NCBI GenBank assembly: GCA_963662655.2 | Contig: CAXXTU010000002.1 | Location: forward strand, 3,328,001-3,392,000 | Direction of reading: 5' to 3' | From: Candidatus Cloacimonadales bacterium | GTDB lineage: Bacteria; Cloacimonadota; Cloacimonadia; Cloacimonadales; JAIOQZ01 | Length of the DNA: 64,000 nucleotides | Part shown: positions 9,651 through 19,080 of the stretch, piece after piece | Layout: the number at the start of each line of letters is the position of its first letter | Position numbering within the stretch: the first letter of the stretch is position 1 | Notes under the pieces: generated by a model | Databases searched by the model: none | The model's input: only the letters and a program-made list of their open reading frames with translations | What the model was told of the DNA's origin: nothing | Made by a program: the position numbers and the translations under genes

Positions 9651-10358
9651 ATGCAAAACAATGCTGCGATAATAGTGGCCGGAGGTGTTGGAAAGCGACT
9701 CCCTGGCGCAACGAAAAAGCAATTCCTCCAGATCGGCGGAATTCCCATACTGATCCACTCGATCTGCCCCTTTTTGAATTCAAATGATGTATCGAGCATT
9801 GTCGTTGTTTTGCCTGATGATGAGCTTGAGGAAGGGAAGCAGCTTATCAAGGGAACGATAGCCGGAAACCTTCGGAAGGAAATGAAATTCGTCGCAGGCG
9901 GGAGCAGAAGACAGGATTCGGTTTATAATGGACTTCTGGCCTGTGATAAGCAAACGGATATCGTGTTCATTCACGATGGCGTTCGTCCATTTATAACAGG
10001 TGGGTTGATTCGGAGACTGCTTGTCAAATGCGAAGAGCATGGCGCGGTGATCCCCGTGACGCCAGTCAGGTATACGCTGAAGAAAGTCGAGAACGATTTG
10101 GTTCAAAGAACGATCCCCCGCCATGAAGTCTTTGAGGCGCATACTCCTCAAGTATTCAACTACCCTGTGATCATGAGCTATCATCACCGGATTCACGATC
10201 TGGATGTTGAGTTCACCGACGATGCTTCAATCCTTGAGTACTTCAGAGAAACTGTGGCGACGGAAATTTGCAATGAAACGAATATCAAGATCACGCGACC
10301 GTCGGACCTTGATTTGGCAGAGACTATATATAAGAAAATCAATAAGGAGATTTCATGA
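9651..10358 (+). CDS. ispD: 2-C-methyl-D-erythritol 4-phosphate cytidylyltransferase
   Basis: AGGVGKR...KQFL, GGSRRQDSVYNGL, IHDGVRPF, TPQVF, TDDAS, NIKIT motifs. Confidence 0.95.
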   Translation: MQNNAAIIVAGGVGKRLPGATKKQFLQIGGIPILIHSICPFLNSNDVSSIVVVLPDDELEEGKQLIKGTIAGNLRKEMKFVAGGSRRQDSVYNGLLACDKQTDIVFIHDGVRPFITGGLIRRLLVKCEEHGAVIPVTPVRYTLKKVENDLVQRTIPRHEVFEAHTPQVFNYPVIMSYHHRIHDLDVEFTDDASILEYFRETVATEICNETNIKITRPSDLDLAETIYKKINKEIS

Positions 10359-13087
10359 ACCTTCGTGCATGGATAAAGAAAATCGAAAATTTCGAAATAA
10401 CAATTCCGATCCCGATTTTCGGTTTGGGATGCGGTGTTTTAGGACTTACCCTGGCAAAATCGCATGTAAAAATGGGACAGTGGGCGTCCAAGCTTCTGAG
10501 ATCCCTCGAGTACAGAGGATACGACTCGACGGGAGCTGCGTTTCAGGATAGCGAGAAAAATGTAACCTTACTCAAAGACGTTGGGGCACCGAGTGTGCTC
10601 GTTCAAACCCTCGGCATCGAGAAACAGGAAGGCAAGATATTTTGTGGGCAGGTTCGCTGGGCGACGTTCGGTGCGGTAGATCATGTGAACGCTCAACCTC
10701 ACGATGTTCATTGTAAACGCCACATCTTCGGCGCTCATAATGGGAATATTACCAACACGCGCGAACTCAAGCAGTTCCTTCAGCGCGAAGGCCATGCCGT
10801 TCTCTCCGATAACGATGGAGAGATGCTGGTTCATACGGTAGAACACTACTTCGATATCGAACTCAATAAAATCCCTCTTGCAGACCAGCAACAACCAGAG
10901 ATCAGAAAGGCAGCAATGCGTAAGGCAATACTCGAAGCGACTCGCCAGACCGTTGGCTCCTTTGCCGCTGTCATCAGCGACCCCGAAACGGAAACACAGT
11001 GGGCGATCAAAGCCGGCAGCAGTCTTTATTTTGGCGTGGGCAAAGTCGAAGATGTCCCGTTTGCCCTGGCTTCCTCAGATTTGACAGCCGTACTTCGCTT
11101 CACCAAGGACCTCGTGAAGTTGCAGCAGGGGGAATTTGTTGAATATACCGCCGATTCTTTCCAGGTATATGCCTATCAGGACAACCGCATCCGCAAGCTC
11201 AACCAGCCTGACGAAGTTTACAAGCGAGGCGACAAGATCAATCGTATCGCTGTGCGCTCCAAGCTGCGTGCCGAGGACACGGAGCTCCAGCCTCAATTCA
11301 AGTACTTCATGGAGCAGGAAATCTTCGCGGAGATCGAATCTACAGGTAAGCTCGTGAAGATGTTCCTCGGAGGTTCGAACACCGGGCGTCATATGCGCAA
11401 TTTCCTGAATGAGGTGGAACAGCTCAAGGAAATTGAACAGCTCGGAAGAAAAATTGAGAAGCAGGGATCGTTCTCAAAGCAGGTACGGGTGTTCAACGAT
11501 TACGCGGAGTCGGATCGTTCCGAGCTTTTTATCGAGAACATGAAGAAGCATTACAAGAGGCTTTATGACGAGGTCTTCAAGGAAGATTTCGATAAAAAGT
11601 ATTTCTTTTCCAACGATAAAAACACCTTTATCGATATCGCGGGTGAGCCGTTCGACAAGAAGCGGATGCTTCTGGCCAAAGCACTCGATTCCGTTTCCGA
11701 GAAACAGGATATCCAGGAATTCGACAAGATTGTCGCCGATTTCATCGATCTGATTCGTAACACGCTTCGCAACAGCAGGAATATCTATACCATTGCATGC
11801 GGTACTTCGTTCCACGCTACCAAGCTTGCAGCGGTTTTCTTCAATGAAATCGCCGGCGTAGAGATTATCCCGATTCTTCCGGGAGACTATCGTGGACAGT
11901 ACTCGAAATGCCTGAAGTCGAACGACGTGATCATCGGCGTTTCCCAAAGCGGTGAAACCAAGGATCTGATCGACATCTTCAACGATATCGACTCGATGGG
12001 CATCGATGTGAAGAAGATCGTGCTGGTCAACAACATGAACTCGACTCTCGGCCAGGAGAAGAGTGATATCTCCATCCCGATCTATTGCGGACCGGAGATC
12101 GCCGTTCCGGCCACCAAGAGCTATATCAACCAGATGACGCTCTTCTATTATCTTGCGATCAAAGTTGGAGAAATGCATTTCGAAGAATGCAAGAATACAC
12201 TCACTGAGGAACAGCTTGGCCAGATGGATTACGAGATATCAAGGCGGTACAAGACCCTCCTGGATATCCCGGCATTGATAAGGGCCACCATTCGTTCCAC
12301 GGAAGAAACCGTCGATTATGTCGCCTCGAAGATTTACATGGAGCCATCGATGCATATCCTGGCGACCAAGCTGAGTGGGGTTGCAAAAGAAGGCGCGCTC
12401 AAGATTCGCGAGACGGTTCTCAACCACTGCGAAGGGGGCGAGGCGAGTGAATTCAAGCATGGTCCCAACACGATCCTTGGAAAGAACACCGTTTTCGGAA
12501 TGAAGAACATCAAGTCAATGGTGAAGTACTTCCAGCGGAAAATCGACGTCATGGAACGCGAAGGGCTGAGTCGCGGACTGAAATCGGAAGAGATTCGCGA
12601 GATGATCAAGGCTTTCAGTACCTATATGTTCACCCGCACGATGCCATTCAACCTTTCAGCGCTCGGCATGGCTCTATTCAAAGAAATTGCCGCAGATTAC
12701 GATATGTTCACGCCGCTCTATCGTAACTACCCGCTTATCTACATCACCGGGCCGGACGAACGGGATGTCAACCTGACCATCTCCCAAATCAACACACACA
12801 AGATCAGGGGCGCAGATACGTTCGTTATCGCCGAAGAAAACGACCGCCTGATGGAGAACGCTTCATCGAGTCCGGACATGAAGAAGTATTACGGTTTTGG
12901 CTACATTATTCTGCCCAGAACCGGAGACAGCCTCATGACGGCCTTCTCCGCCTCCGTTGTCCTGCAATTGCTTGGCCTCAAGATGAGCGTTCGCAAGATG
13001 GGGTATCTGGATCAGGTTGGATTCGAGGATCACGGTGTGCATCCCGATGTTCCCAAGAATGTCTCCAAATCGATTACCGTTGATTGA
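10355..13087 (+). CDS. glmS: Glutamine-fructose-6-phosphate aminotransferase, enlarged (910 aa)
   Basis: CGVLG, LEYRGYDSTG, RWAT, HNGNITN, ACGTS, SQSGET, GPEIAVPATKSY, EGALKIRE, KHGP, C-terminal PKNVSKSITVD. Confidence 0.88.
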   Translation: MNLRAWIKKIENFEITIPIPIFGLGCGVLGLTLAKSHVKMGQWASKLLRSLEYRGYDSTGAAFQDSEKNVTLLKDVGAPSVLVQTLGIEKQEGKIFCGQVRWATFGAVDHVNAQPHDVHCKRHIFGAHNGNITNTRELKQFLQREGHAVLSDNDGEMLVHTVEHYFDIELNKIPLADQQQPEIRKAAMRKAILEATRQTVGSFAAVISDPETETQWAIKAGSSLYFGVGKVEDVPFALASSDLTAVLRFTKDLVKLQQGEFVEYTADSFQVYAYQDNRIRKLNQPDEVYKRGDKINRIAVRSKLRAEDTELQPQFKYFMEQEIFAEIESTGKLVKMFLGGSNTGRHMRNFLNEVEQLKEIEQLGRKIEKQGSFSKQVRVFNDYAESDRSELFIENMKKHYKRLYDEVFKEDFDKKYFFSNDKNTFIDIAGEPFDKKRMLLAKALDSVSEKQDIQEFDKIVADFIDLIRNTLRNSRNIYTIACGTSFHATKLAAVFFNEIAGVEIIPILPGDYRGQYSKCLKSNDVIIGVSQSGETKDLIDIFNDIDSMGIDVKKIVLVNNMNSTLGQEKSDISIPIYCGPEIAVPATKSYINQMTLFYYLAIKVGEMHFEECKNTLTEEQLGQMDYEISRRYKTLLDIPALIRATIRSTEETVDYVASKIYMEPSMHILATKLSGVAKEGALKIRETVLNHCEGGEASEFKHGPNTILGKNTVFGMKNIKSMVKYFQRKIDVMEREGLSRGLKSEEIREMIKAFSTYMFTRTMPFNLSALGMALFKEIAADYDMFTPLYRNYPLIYITGPDERDVNLTISQINTHKIRGADTFVIAEENDRLMENASSSPDMKKYYGFGYIILPRTGDSLMTAFSASVVLQLLGLKMSVRKMGYLDQVGFEDHGVHPDVPKNVSKSITVD

Positions 13088-13110
13088 TCAAACAAGTTGA
13101 TAAATGAAAA

Positions 13111-13138
13111 GGGAGGCTTCGCGTCTCCCCTTTTTTTT
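13111..13138 (+). terminator. Intrinsic terminator after glmS
   Basis: GGGAGGC-ttcgc-GTCTCCC followed by a T run. Confidence 0.8.
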
Positions 13139-13170
13139 ATGATGACAATCCATAAGATATTTCCGACTCA

Positions 13171-13300
13171 GGCGTGAGCAGATTCGTTCGATCTTACGCG
13201 CAGGCGTGGTGTTGCACGTCTTTTTATTGGAGTTCGATAGTTTTCAAGACGTGCTATATCCACGTTGGAGCGGAAGATCGGGCGAAGATGCCACGCCGGG
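13171..13300 (+). repeat. Structured hairpin element family A, copy 2
   Basis: GGCGTGAGCAGATTCGTTCG...GTGGTGTTGCACG...CGTGCTATATCCAC...CGGGCGAAGATGCCACGCC. Confidence 0.8.
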
Positions 13301-13488
13301 AATTCAAGAGGGCGGAAGGCAATGTCCGACCATCAAGGCATTCTCGATCAATCTGAGCTACGTCGTGTATATAACACGCCTCCGACTTCCTGCACGTAAG
13401 AAACGAGCAGGAAAGTCTCCACCGTGTAACAACACGACTTCGCGATCAGATTCATCGATTCTGCGCTTGATTCTCAGCCGTGACCAGA

Positions 13489-13968
13489 TTATTCGGCAAT
13501 TGCAGTAACGACAGCGAACGTCTGAATCCCATCTCCGCGTCCGAAGTCTGTCAATCCTTCACCGGTAGTTGCCGTAATGCAGATATCTTCGGGCTGGAGT
13601 GGAATAATCTCCGCGAGTCGTTTTTTCATGGCATCGATCATCGGTGTGATCATGGGCTTCTTGCATTCGATGCTGATCGAAAGGTGTGTGAGTCTGAAAT
13701 CGCCAAGGTATTTGAGCGATTCTTCCAGATAGACTGCGCTGTCGTCGATGCCGTCCTCAATGCACATTTTATCGCTGGCCTTGCCGATAATATTGACTCC
13801 GGTGACGCCTGAAATCGCGTTCGTAACGGCGTGCAGTACCACATCCGCGTCACTGTTGCCGGCAAGACCCGCGTAACTCGGGAAATGTACTCCGGCGAGC
13901 ATTAGCGGCTTGCCCATGTCGTCGCCGAAGCGGTGACTGTCTTGTCCAATACCTGTTTTTATTCTCAT
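13489..13968 (-). CDS. ispF: 2-C-methyl-D-erythritol 2,4-cyclodiphosphate synthase
   Basis: GIGQDSHRF, SDADVVLHA, ITATTGEGL...GRGDGI motifs. Confidence 0.92.
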   Translation of the reverse strand: MRIKTGIGQDSHRFGDDMGKPLMLAGVHFPSYAGLAGNSDADVVLHAVTNAISGVTGVNIIGKASDKMCIEDGIDDSAVYLEESLKYLGDFRLTHLSISIECKKPMITPMIDAMKKRLAEIIPLQPEDICITATTGEGLTDFGRGDGIQTFAVVTAIAE

Positions 13969-14037
13969 GCGGCAATGTTCGGCAGACGAATGCCGCCTGT
14001 CAATGATTGTGTGCTGAATGATTCCCAGCGCATGCGC

Positions 14038-15495
14038 CTACCGCAGGATTTTACGCATGAACGTAACCGTGAACACCGCCATCAGGAACAGCCCCATGTA
14101 GCCCTCGAGTCCGCTGGCGACCCTGAGCAACTTCGACGCGGGGAACATGTCGCCGTAGCCGATGGTGAGAAACGTGATCGCGCTATGGTACCCAGCCTGC
14201 CAGGCGGGTGAAAGCTGCTCCACCTTCCCGGCAACGCCCTCGGCCGAACTCCCCGCGAAGCTGTCCCCGCACTGCGTGATGCGCAGATAATAGAAAAGCG
14301 CAAAGCCCACAATGGTCACCGCCGTGCTGACAATTGCCCTGCCGATTCGCACGCCGTAGCCGCTGAGCAGCTCGAAGAAAATGTACTGGAACAAGAATCC
14401 CAAGCCATGCCACAGCAGCTTGAACTTTTTGTACCACTTCCCCTCGATGCTTTCCCAAAACCTGCCGCGCAACTGGTGTTTTTTATATATAAAGTACGCT
14501 TCGTCCTCATCGTTATAGCGGCCCATTTTGCGGAAGTTCTCCTTGAGAAGCAGGGCGGTTTCGGAGGCGCGGTGGTGTTTACCGATAATTGAAAATTGAA
14601 CATCCTTATCCCAAAAATACGTTCGCCTTACTTTCTGAATGAAGCGAAACGTATCTATAAAACAGCAATTTATCCATTGCACGGTTATCACGCTATTGTT
14701 TATGCAATTATCAAATTCAATAAAACCATGCGCAATTTTAAGGGATGTGACCGGAATGTTAAAATAACAATCACTGAAACGCACTGATCGAACATTCTCT
14801 ATCTTCAGCTCTGTTGGGGTATTCCAGATGACTTTGTGAAATCCAATCTGTGTATTTTTGGAGCTTCGAATGTAAAAATTTGATGACAAGCATTCGATTT
14901 GATGAAAACTCATTATGCTATTAGAATTCATAGGTTGACATATAAAAATTCCGGAACCAAACTTTGCGCAATCAAATATTGTTTGCCCAATCCCAAAATC
15001 TACGTATTGAAAACAGATATATTCATTTCCAAAATGCGCACCGTAAAAAGCCATGTATGAATCAGTGCTAGCAAACTGAAACCATAAATCACCTTTCCCA
15101 AAATCTGCATAACTGAAATTGACTGCTCCGCTGAAATTCGAATTGAAAAACGATATATCACCATCATTAAAATCGACTCCGCTAAAATCCAAACCACCAT
15201 CAAAAAGAGCTTCTTTTGCATCGTGAAGGATGACAGGTATAGGCTCATCATTCAATCTCCATCCCAGCGACAATCCCTTCACATAGCAATGATTGAGATT
15301 GATTTCCTTCCCCGCATGGATGTCCGCAAGCACCTCTTCTGGTGTAGTGTAATGATACGTTCGCTTCTCGTATTCATTGCCTTTATCATCAAAGAAATGT
15401 ACGGTGATCCACCACTTGAAGCGTTTGCCATCTACATCTCGGATGTGTGGTTTGCGTACGGGTTCATCCACCTTGTAGCTTGCCCATTTTGCCAT
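14038..15495 (-). CDS. Pentapeptide-like repeat protein with C-terminal two-TM potassium-channel-type domain
   Basis: Repeats FSGVDF/FFNSNF/FSYADF/FYGAHF/FQYVDF; C-terminal YHSAITFLTIGYGD selectivity-filter motif. Confidence 0.8.
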   Translation of the reverse strand: MAKWASYKVDEPVRKPHIRDVDGKRFKWWITVHFFDDKGNEYEKRTYHYTTPEEVLADIHAGKEINLNHCYVKGLSLGWRLNDEPIPVILHDAKEALFDGGLDFSGVDFNDGDISFFNSNFSGAVNFSYADFGKGDLWFQFASTDSYMAFYGAHFGNEYICFQYVDFGIGQTIFDCAKFGSGIFICQPMNSNSIMSFHQIECLSSNFYIRSSKNTQIGFHKVIWNTPTELKIENVRSVRFSDCYFNIPVTSLKIAHGFIEFDNCINNSVITVQWINCCFIDTFRFIQKVRRTYFWDKDVQFSIIGKHHRASETALLLKENFRKMGRYNDEDEAYFIYKKHQLRGRFWESIEGKWYKKFKLLWHGLGFLFQYIFFELLSGYGVRIGRAIVSTAVTIVGFALFYYLRITQCGDSFAGSSAEGVAGKVEQLSPAWQAGYHSAITFLTIGYGDMFPASKLLRVASGLEGYMGLFLMAVFTVTFMRKILR

Positions 15496-15841
15496 AATGT
15501 ATTCTCCTGCGGGGTTTACTTTTTGTTAATGGAGGGGCGTGGGAAGTCAAGGAAATTATTGTTGGAAGCAGGATTTATCGGATTAAAGGATTCGCAGGAT
15601 GGAGAGAAGGTTGCTCGTGGCATCAAGCTGAAGTTGTAAATGGGTGCGCGCTCCTCTGCTCCCTTCCTCTTCATCCGAAGGGGAAGGGCCGGGGATGGGG
15701 TTTCCCTACTTGCAGGCAAGGTTGCCTGCGTTCCACCGGGATCGTGATAAAGTATGATGGACTGATGCGACAAGTGGAGCTGGTTCCTCTCTATCCTGCC
15801 AATCCTGAGAATTCTGAAAATTGCTGATTCAGACAAAAAAA

Positions 15842-16044
15842 TGGCACGCCAGCAGGGACTCGACGTAACGACGACGGTTCTCGTCCCAAGCGTATGGAAA
15901 GCAGTAAATTCAGATAAGCGCTGGAAGATGGTGCAAAAAAAATGGCACGCCAGCAGGGACTCGACGTAACGACGACGGTTCTCGTCCCAAGCGTATGGAG
16001 AGCAGCAAATTCAGATAAGCGCTGGAAGATGGTGCATAAAAAAA
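15842..16044 (-). repeat. Two tandem 101-102-bp units, each containing the last 22 nt of tRNA-Arg(UCU)
   Basis: TGGCACGCCAGCAGGGACTCGA at 15842, 15943 and 16045, with near-identical intervening sequence. Confidence 0.95.
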
Positions 16045-16121
16045 TGGCACGCCAGCAGGGACTCGAACCCCGGACCTACGGCTTAGAAGGCCGTTGCTCT
16101 ATCCGGCTGAGCTACTGGCGC
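16045..16121 (-). tRNA. tRNA-Arg(UCU)
   Basis: 77-nt cloverleaf GCGCCAGTAGCTCAG...ACGGC CT TCT AA GCCGT...TTCGAGT...GCCA. Confidence 0.97.
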
Positions 16122-16172
16122 GCGTAAAAAAAAGGCTTATCTTTAGCCAAGGCCGTAGATAAGCATATATGA

Positions 16173-16250
16173 TGGTAGCGGCCACAGGGACTCGAACCCC
16201 GGACACTCGGATTATGATTCCGATGCTCTAACCAACTGAGCTATGCCGCC
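16173..16250 (-). tRNA. tRNA-CAU, probably elongator Met; one extra base in the acceptor 3' strand
   Basis: GGCGGCATAGCTCAGTTGGTTAGAGCA TCGGA AT CAT AA TCCGA...ACCA; 78 nt; Ile2 identity not excluded. Confidence 0.9.
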
Positions 16251-16263
16251 ACTCTATTATCAA

Positions 16264-16340
16264 TGGTAGCGAGGGGAGGATTTGAACCTCCGGCCTTCGG
16301 GTTATGAGCCCGACGAGCTACCTGACTGCTCCACCTCGCG
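16264..16340 (-). tRNA. Initiator tRNA-fMet(CAU)
   Basis: C1:T72 mismatch, GGG/CCC anticodon stem, CAT anticodon, encoded CCA. Confidence 0.96.
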
Positions 16341-16450
16341 TCACGTGCATGTCATGAAATCCGATCGGTTTTTCGTGTCAAGGAAAAACCGAAAAGAAAT
16401 TGCTTGACGCTGGAATCGATATCCGCGAAGTATATTCGAGGAGTTATAGG

Positions 16451-17963
16451 ATGTTCAATGAAATTATAGTGAATGTTCATCCCTATGAGACACGGGTTGC
16501 GATTATGGAAGATAATCGTCTCGTCGAGTTATTCGTAGAGAAGAAAGAACAACAGAATATTGTAGGCAACATATATAAAGGCTATGTTCAGGACGTGCTT
16601 CCTGGCATGGGCGCTGCGTTTATCAATATCGGTCTGGAACGAACCGCGTTTCTGCATTATTCGGATATCGTCACCGATTTTCTCGATCTTGTCGATTCGG
16701 ATAACAAGGCCCCCAGTCGTTTGGCGAGGGACTCGTCGAAAATCGGTAAGTATCTGAAAGAAGGTCAGGAGATCGTAGTCCAGATTCAGAAGGGACCGCT
16801 CGGAAAAAAAGGCGCGCGTCTCACCGGCCAGATTTCCCTGCCGGGGAAATTCCTCGTCTTCTTCCCCAACAAAAGCAAGGTTGCCGTCTCCCGGAAGATC
16901 AATACCTACGCCGAAAAGAATCGCATCAAATCGATTATAAACGATCTCAAGCACAAGGATGTCGGTCTCATCGTCCGCACGGATGCCGAGGGCAACACCA
17001 AGGAAGAGTTCGAGCAGGAATACAACGGGCTTTACAAGACCTGGAAGTATATCGAGAAGCAAGTCCAGTTCGCCAAGCCTCCGGTTTGCATCTTTAATCA
17101 GAGCGACCTCACCAACACGCTAATACGCGATCTTTTCAATACAAAGATCGATCGGCTCGTCGTGGACGACAAGGCGTTCCGAAGTCGCCTGATCGAAAAC
17201 CTGAAGGTCGGAGCGCCCGAACTGGTAGAGCGCATCGAACTGTACAAAGAGGATTCTCCCATTTTCGATGCCTACGGAATCGAGAAAGAAATAGAGAAGA
17301 TGTTCAACGCGCGTGCGGAGCTTCCCAGCGGTGGAAATATCGTCATCGAGCAAACGGAGGCGATGGTGTCCATCGATATCAACACGGGGAGCTACACCGG
17401 CAGAAGAAATTACGAAGACACCATCCGCCTGACCAACGTCGAGGCGGCTCAGGAAATCGCAAGGCAGATTCGGCTGCGGGACTTGAGCGGCATCATGGTG
17501 ATCGATTTCATCGATATGGAAAGCGAGGCCAGCAAGAGCGAGGTTCTTGAAACGTTTCGTAAATGTCTCAAGCGAGACCGGGCACGCAACAAGGTGTTCC
17601 CGTTCGGTCCGCTTGGGCTGGTGGAGGTTTCTCGAAAACGGCACTCGCCCGAATATCATTCTCGCCTATTCCGAGCGCTGCCCCATCGGCTGCCACGGTG
17701 CGGGGAGGATCATTTCGCGCGATTCGGTGGCGATGAAAATCTTCCGCTGGATCAGTCGATCCGAATATTTCCTGAAAGGCAAGCACCTGCAAATTATCAT
17801 GTCGCCGACCGTTAAGGAATATATGGATCAAAACCCCGAGTACTTGGTAAACGTTAAAAACAAGGTGGAACTGACTGCCGATCGCGATATATCGCTGGAC
17901 GGATTCCGTGTTGTCGATCTCCAAACAGGTAAGGAGATAACGACGCACTTCAAGACGCACTAA
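16451..17963 (+). CDS. rng: Ribonuclease E/G family; +1 frameshift near 17640, probably a sequence error
   Basis: GNIYKG..VLPGMGAAFINIG, IDINTG, EIARQIRLRDLSG..IDFIDM; the C-terminal RCP..CHGAG Zn-link lies in the next frame (ORF 17547-17963). Confidence 0.9.
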
Positions 17964-18061
17964 AAAGATTGGCATATTTGTCTATTTGTTCTTGACAACC
18001 AAAAGCAACATAGAATTATTTGACTATTCCGTTTGCGATAAATGGATATAAGGAGTCTGAA

Positions 18062-18379
18062 ATGTATGCGATCGTAGATTTTAAGGGTCAGCAGCTTCGG
18101 ATGGAAAAGGATAAAACCGTCAAGGTTCCTTACCTTGCCGATCTGGAACCCGGTAATGAACTGGAACTGGACGATATCCTTCTTCTGAAGGATGATCAGG
18201 ACAACGTTCTGGTAGGTCAGCCCACGCTTGACAATGTGAAAATCGTGGCAGAGATTGTCGATCACGGCAAAGATAAAAAGGTTATCGTCTTCAAGAAAAA
18301 GCGTAGAAAAGGTTATGCGAAGAAGCAAGGCCATCGACAGAACTTCACGACCATCCTGGTAAAGGATATTATTCAATAA
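18062..18379 (+). CDS. rplU: 50S ribosomal protein L21
   Basis: MYAIV...[33 protein letters not shown]. Confidence 0.97.
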   Translation: MYAIVDFKGQQLRMEKDKTVKVPYLADLEPGNELELDDILLLKDDQDNVLVGQPTLDNVKIVAEIVDHGKDKKVIVFKKKRRKGYAKKQGHRQNFTTILVKDIIQ

Positions 18380-18398
18380 CCCCCAGGGAGATAAAATT

Positions 18399-18660
18399 AT
18401 GGCACATAAAAAAGGTGTTGGTAGTAGTAAAAACGGACGGGACAGTAATCCGCAATACCTGGGCGTAAAGCGTTATGATGGGCAGTTTTGTACTGGCCGG
18501 CAATATCATCGTTCGTCAGCGTGGAACCAAATTCCACAAAGGCGACAACGTAGGCCTGGGAAAAGACTATACGATATTCAGCCTGGTGGACGGATTTGTG
18601 AAATTCCGCACGAAAGCCGGCGGAAAGAAATTCGTTAACGTCATTCCGGCTGAAGCCTGA
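18399..18660 (+). CDS. rpmA: 50S ribosomal protein L27; apparent +1 frameshift at T4 run 18487-18490
   Basis: [30 protein letters not shown] continues as [16 protein letters not shown] in the next frame. Confidence 0.95.
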
Positions 18661-18678
18661 TCTGATTTTATCAATTTT

Positions 18679-18714
18679 AAAAGGGCAGTTCTTTATCGTG
18701 GCTTGCCCTTTTTT
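18679..18714 (+). terminator. Intrinsic terminator after rpmA
   Basis: AAAAGGGCA...TGCCCTTTT followed by Ts. Confidence 0.7.
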
Positions 18715-19080
18715 GTGTTTTTATCGAAATGCAACCTTCTCACTGTTTGAGTCCAGCTTCTTTACTAGCTCGGAAAAACAATCGTTTTTGCCCTTCGACG
18801 CTGTGAGGGATTCGTTTTTTTCTGCGCAATACACACAGCTTCAGGGTGACGAACGGTTTTTCTTCGAGATGATTATCCACCTGTCATGCTGGGCGGAGTC
18901 GAAGCATAGCGATGGATTAATGGTTGGTGATTAGGACATTACCCCCAATGTGGGGGCATGCTCCGTTCAAATTCACATTGACAAACTTTTCCCGAGGGTT
19001 CTGTTGATTATCGGTGAGATAACCGTGCATGCGCTTTGCATTGTCGTGCGCACGCAACAGAACCGGATGGAACCGAAAAG

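Noticed and set aside
13171..13300. glmS ribozyme
   Set aside because: It lies downstream of glmS, not in the leader, and recurs next to unrelated genes.
15842..16066. CRISPR array
   Set aside because: The repeats are tRNA 3' ends, the spacers are near-identical to each other, and there are no cas genes in the window.
18399..18660. Programmed frameshift or pseudogene in rpmA
   Set aside because: An extra T in a homopolymer, within a local cluster of indels, is better explained as sequencing error.
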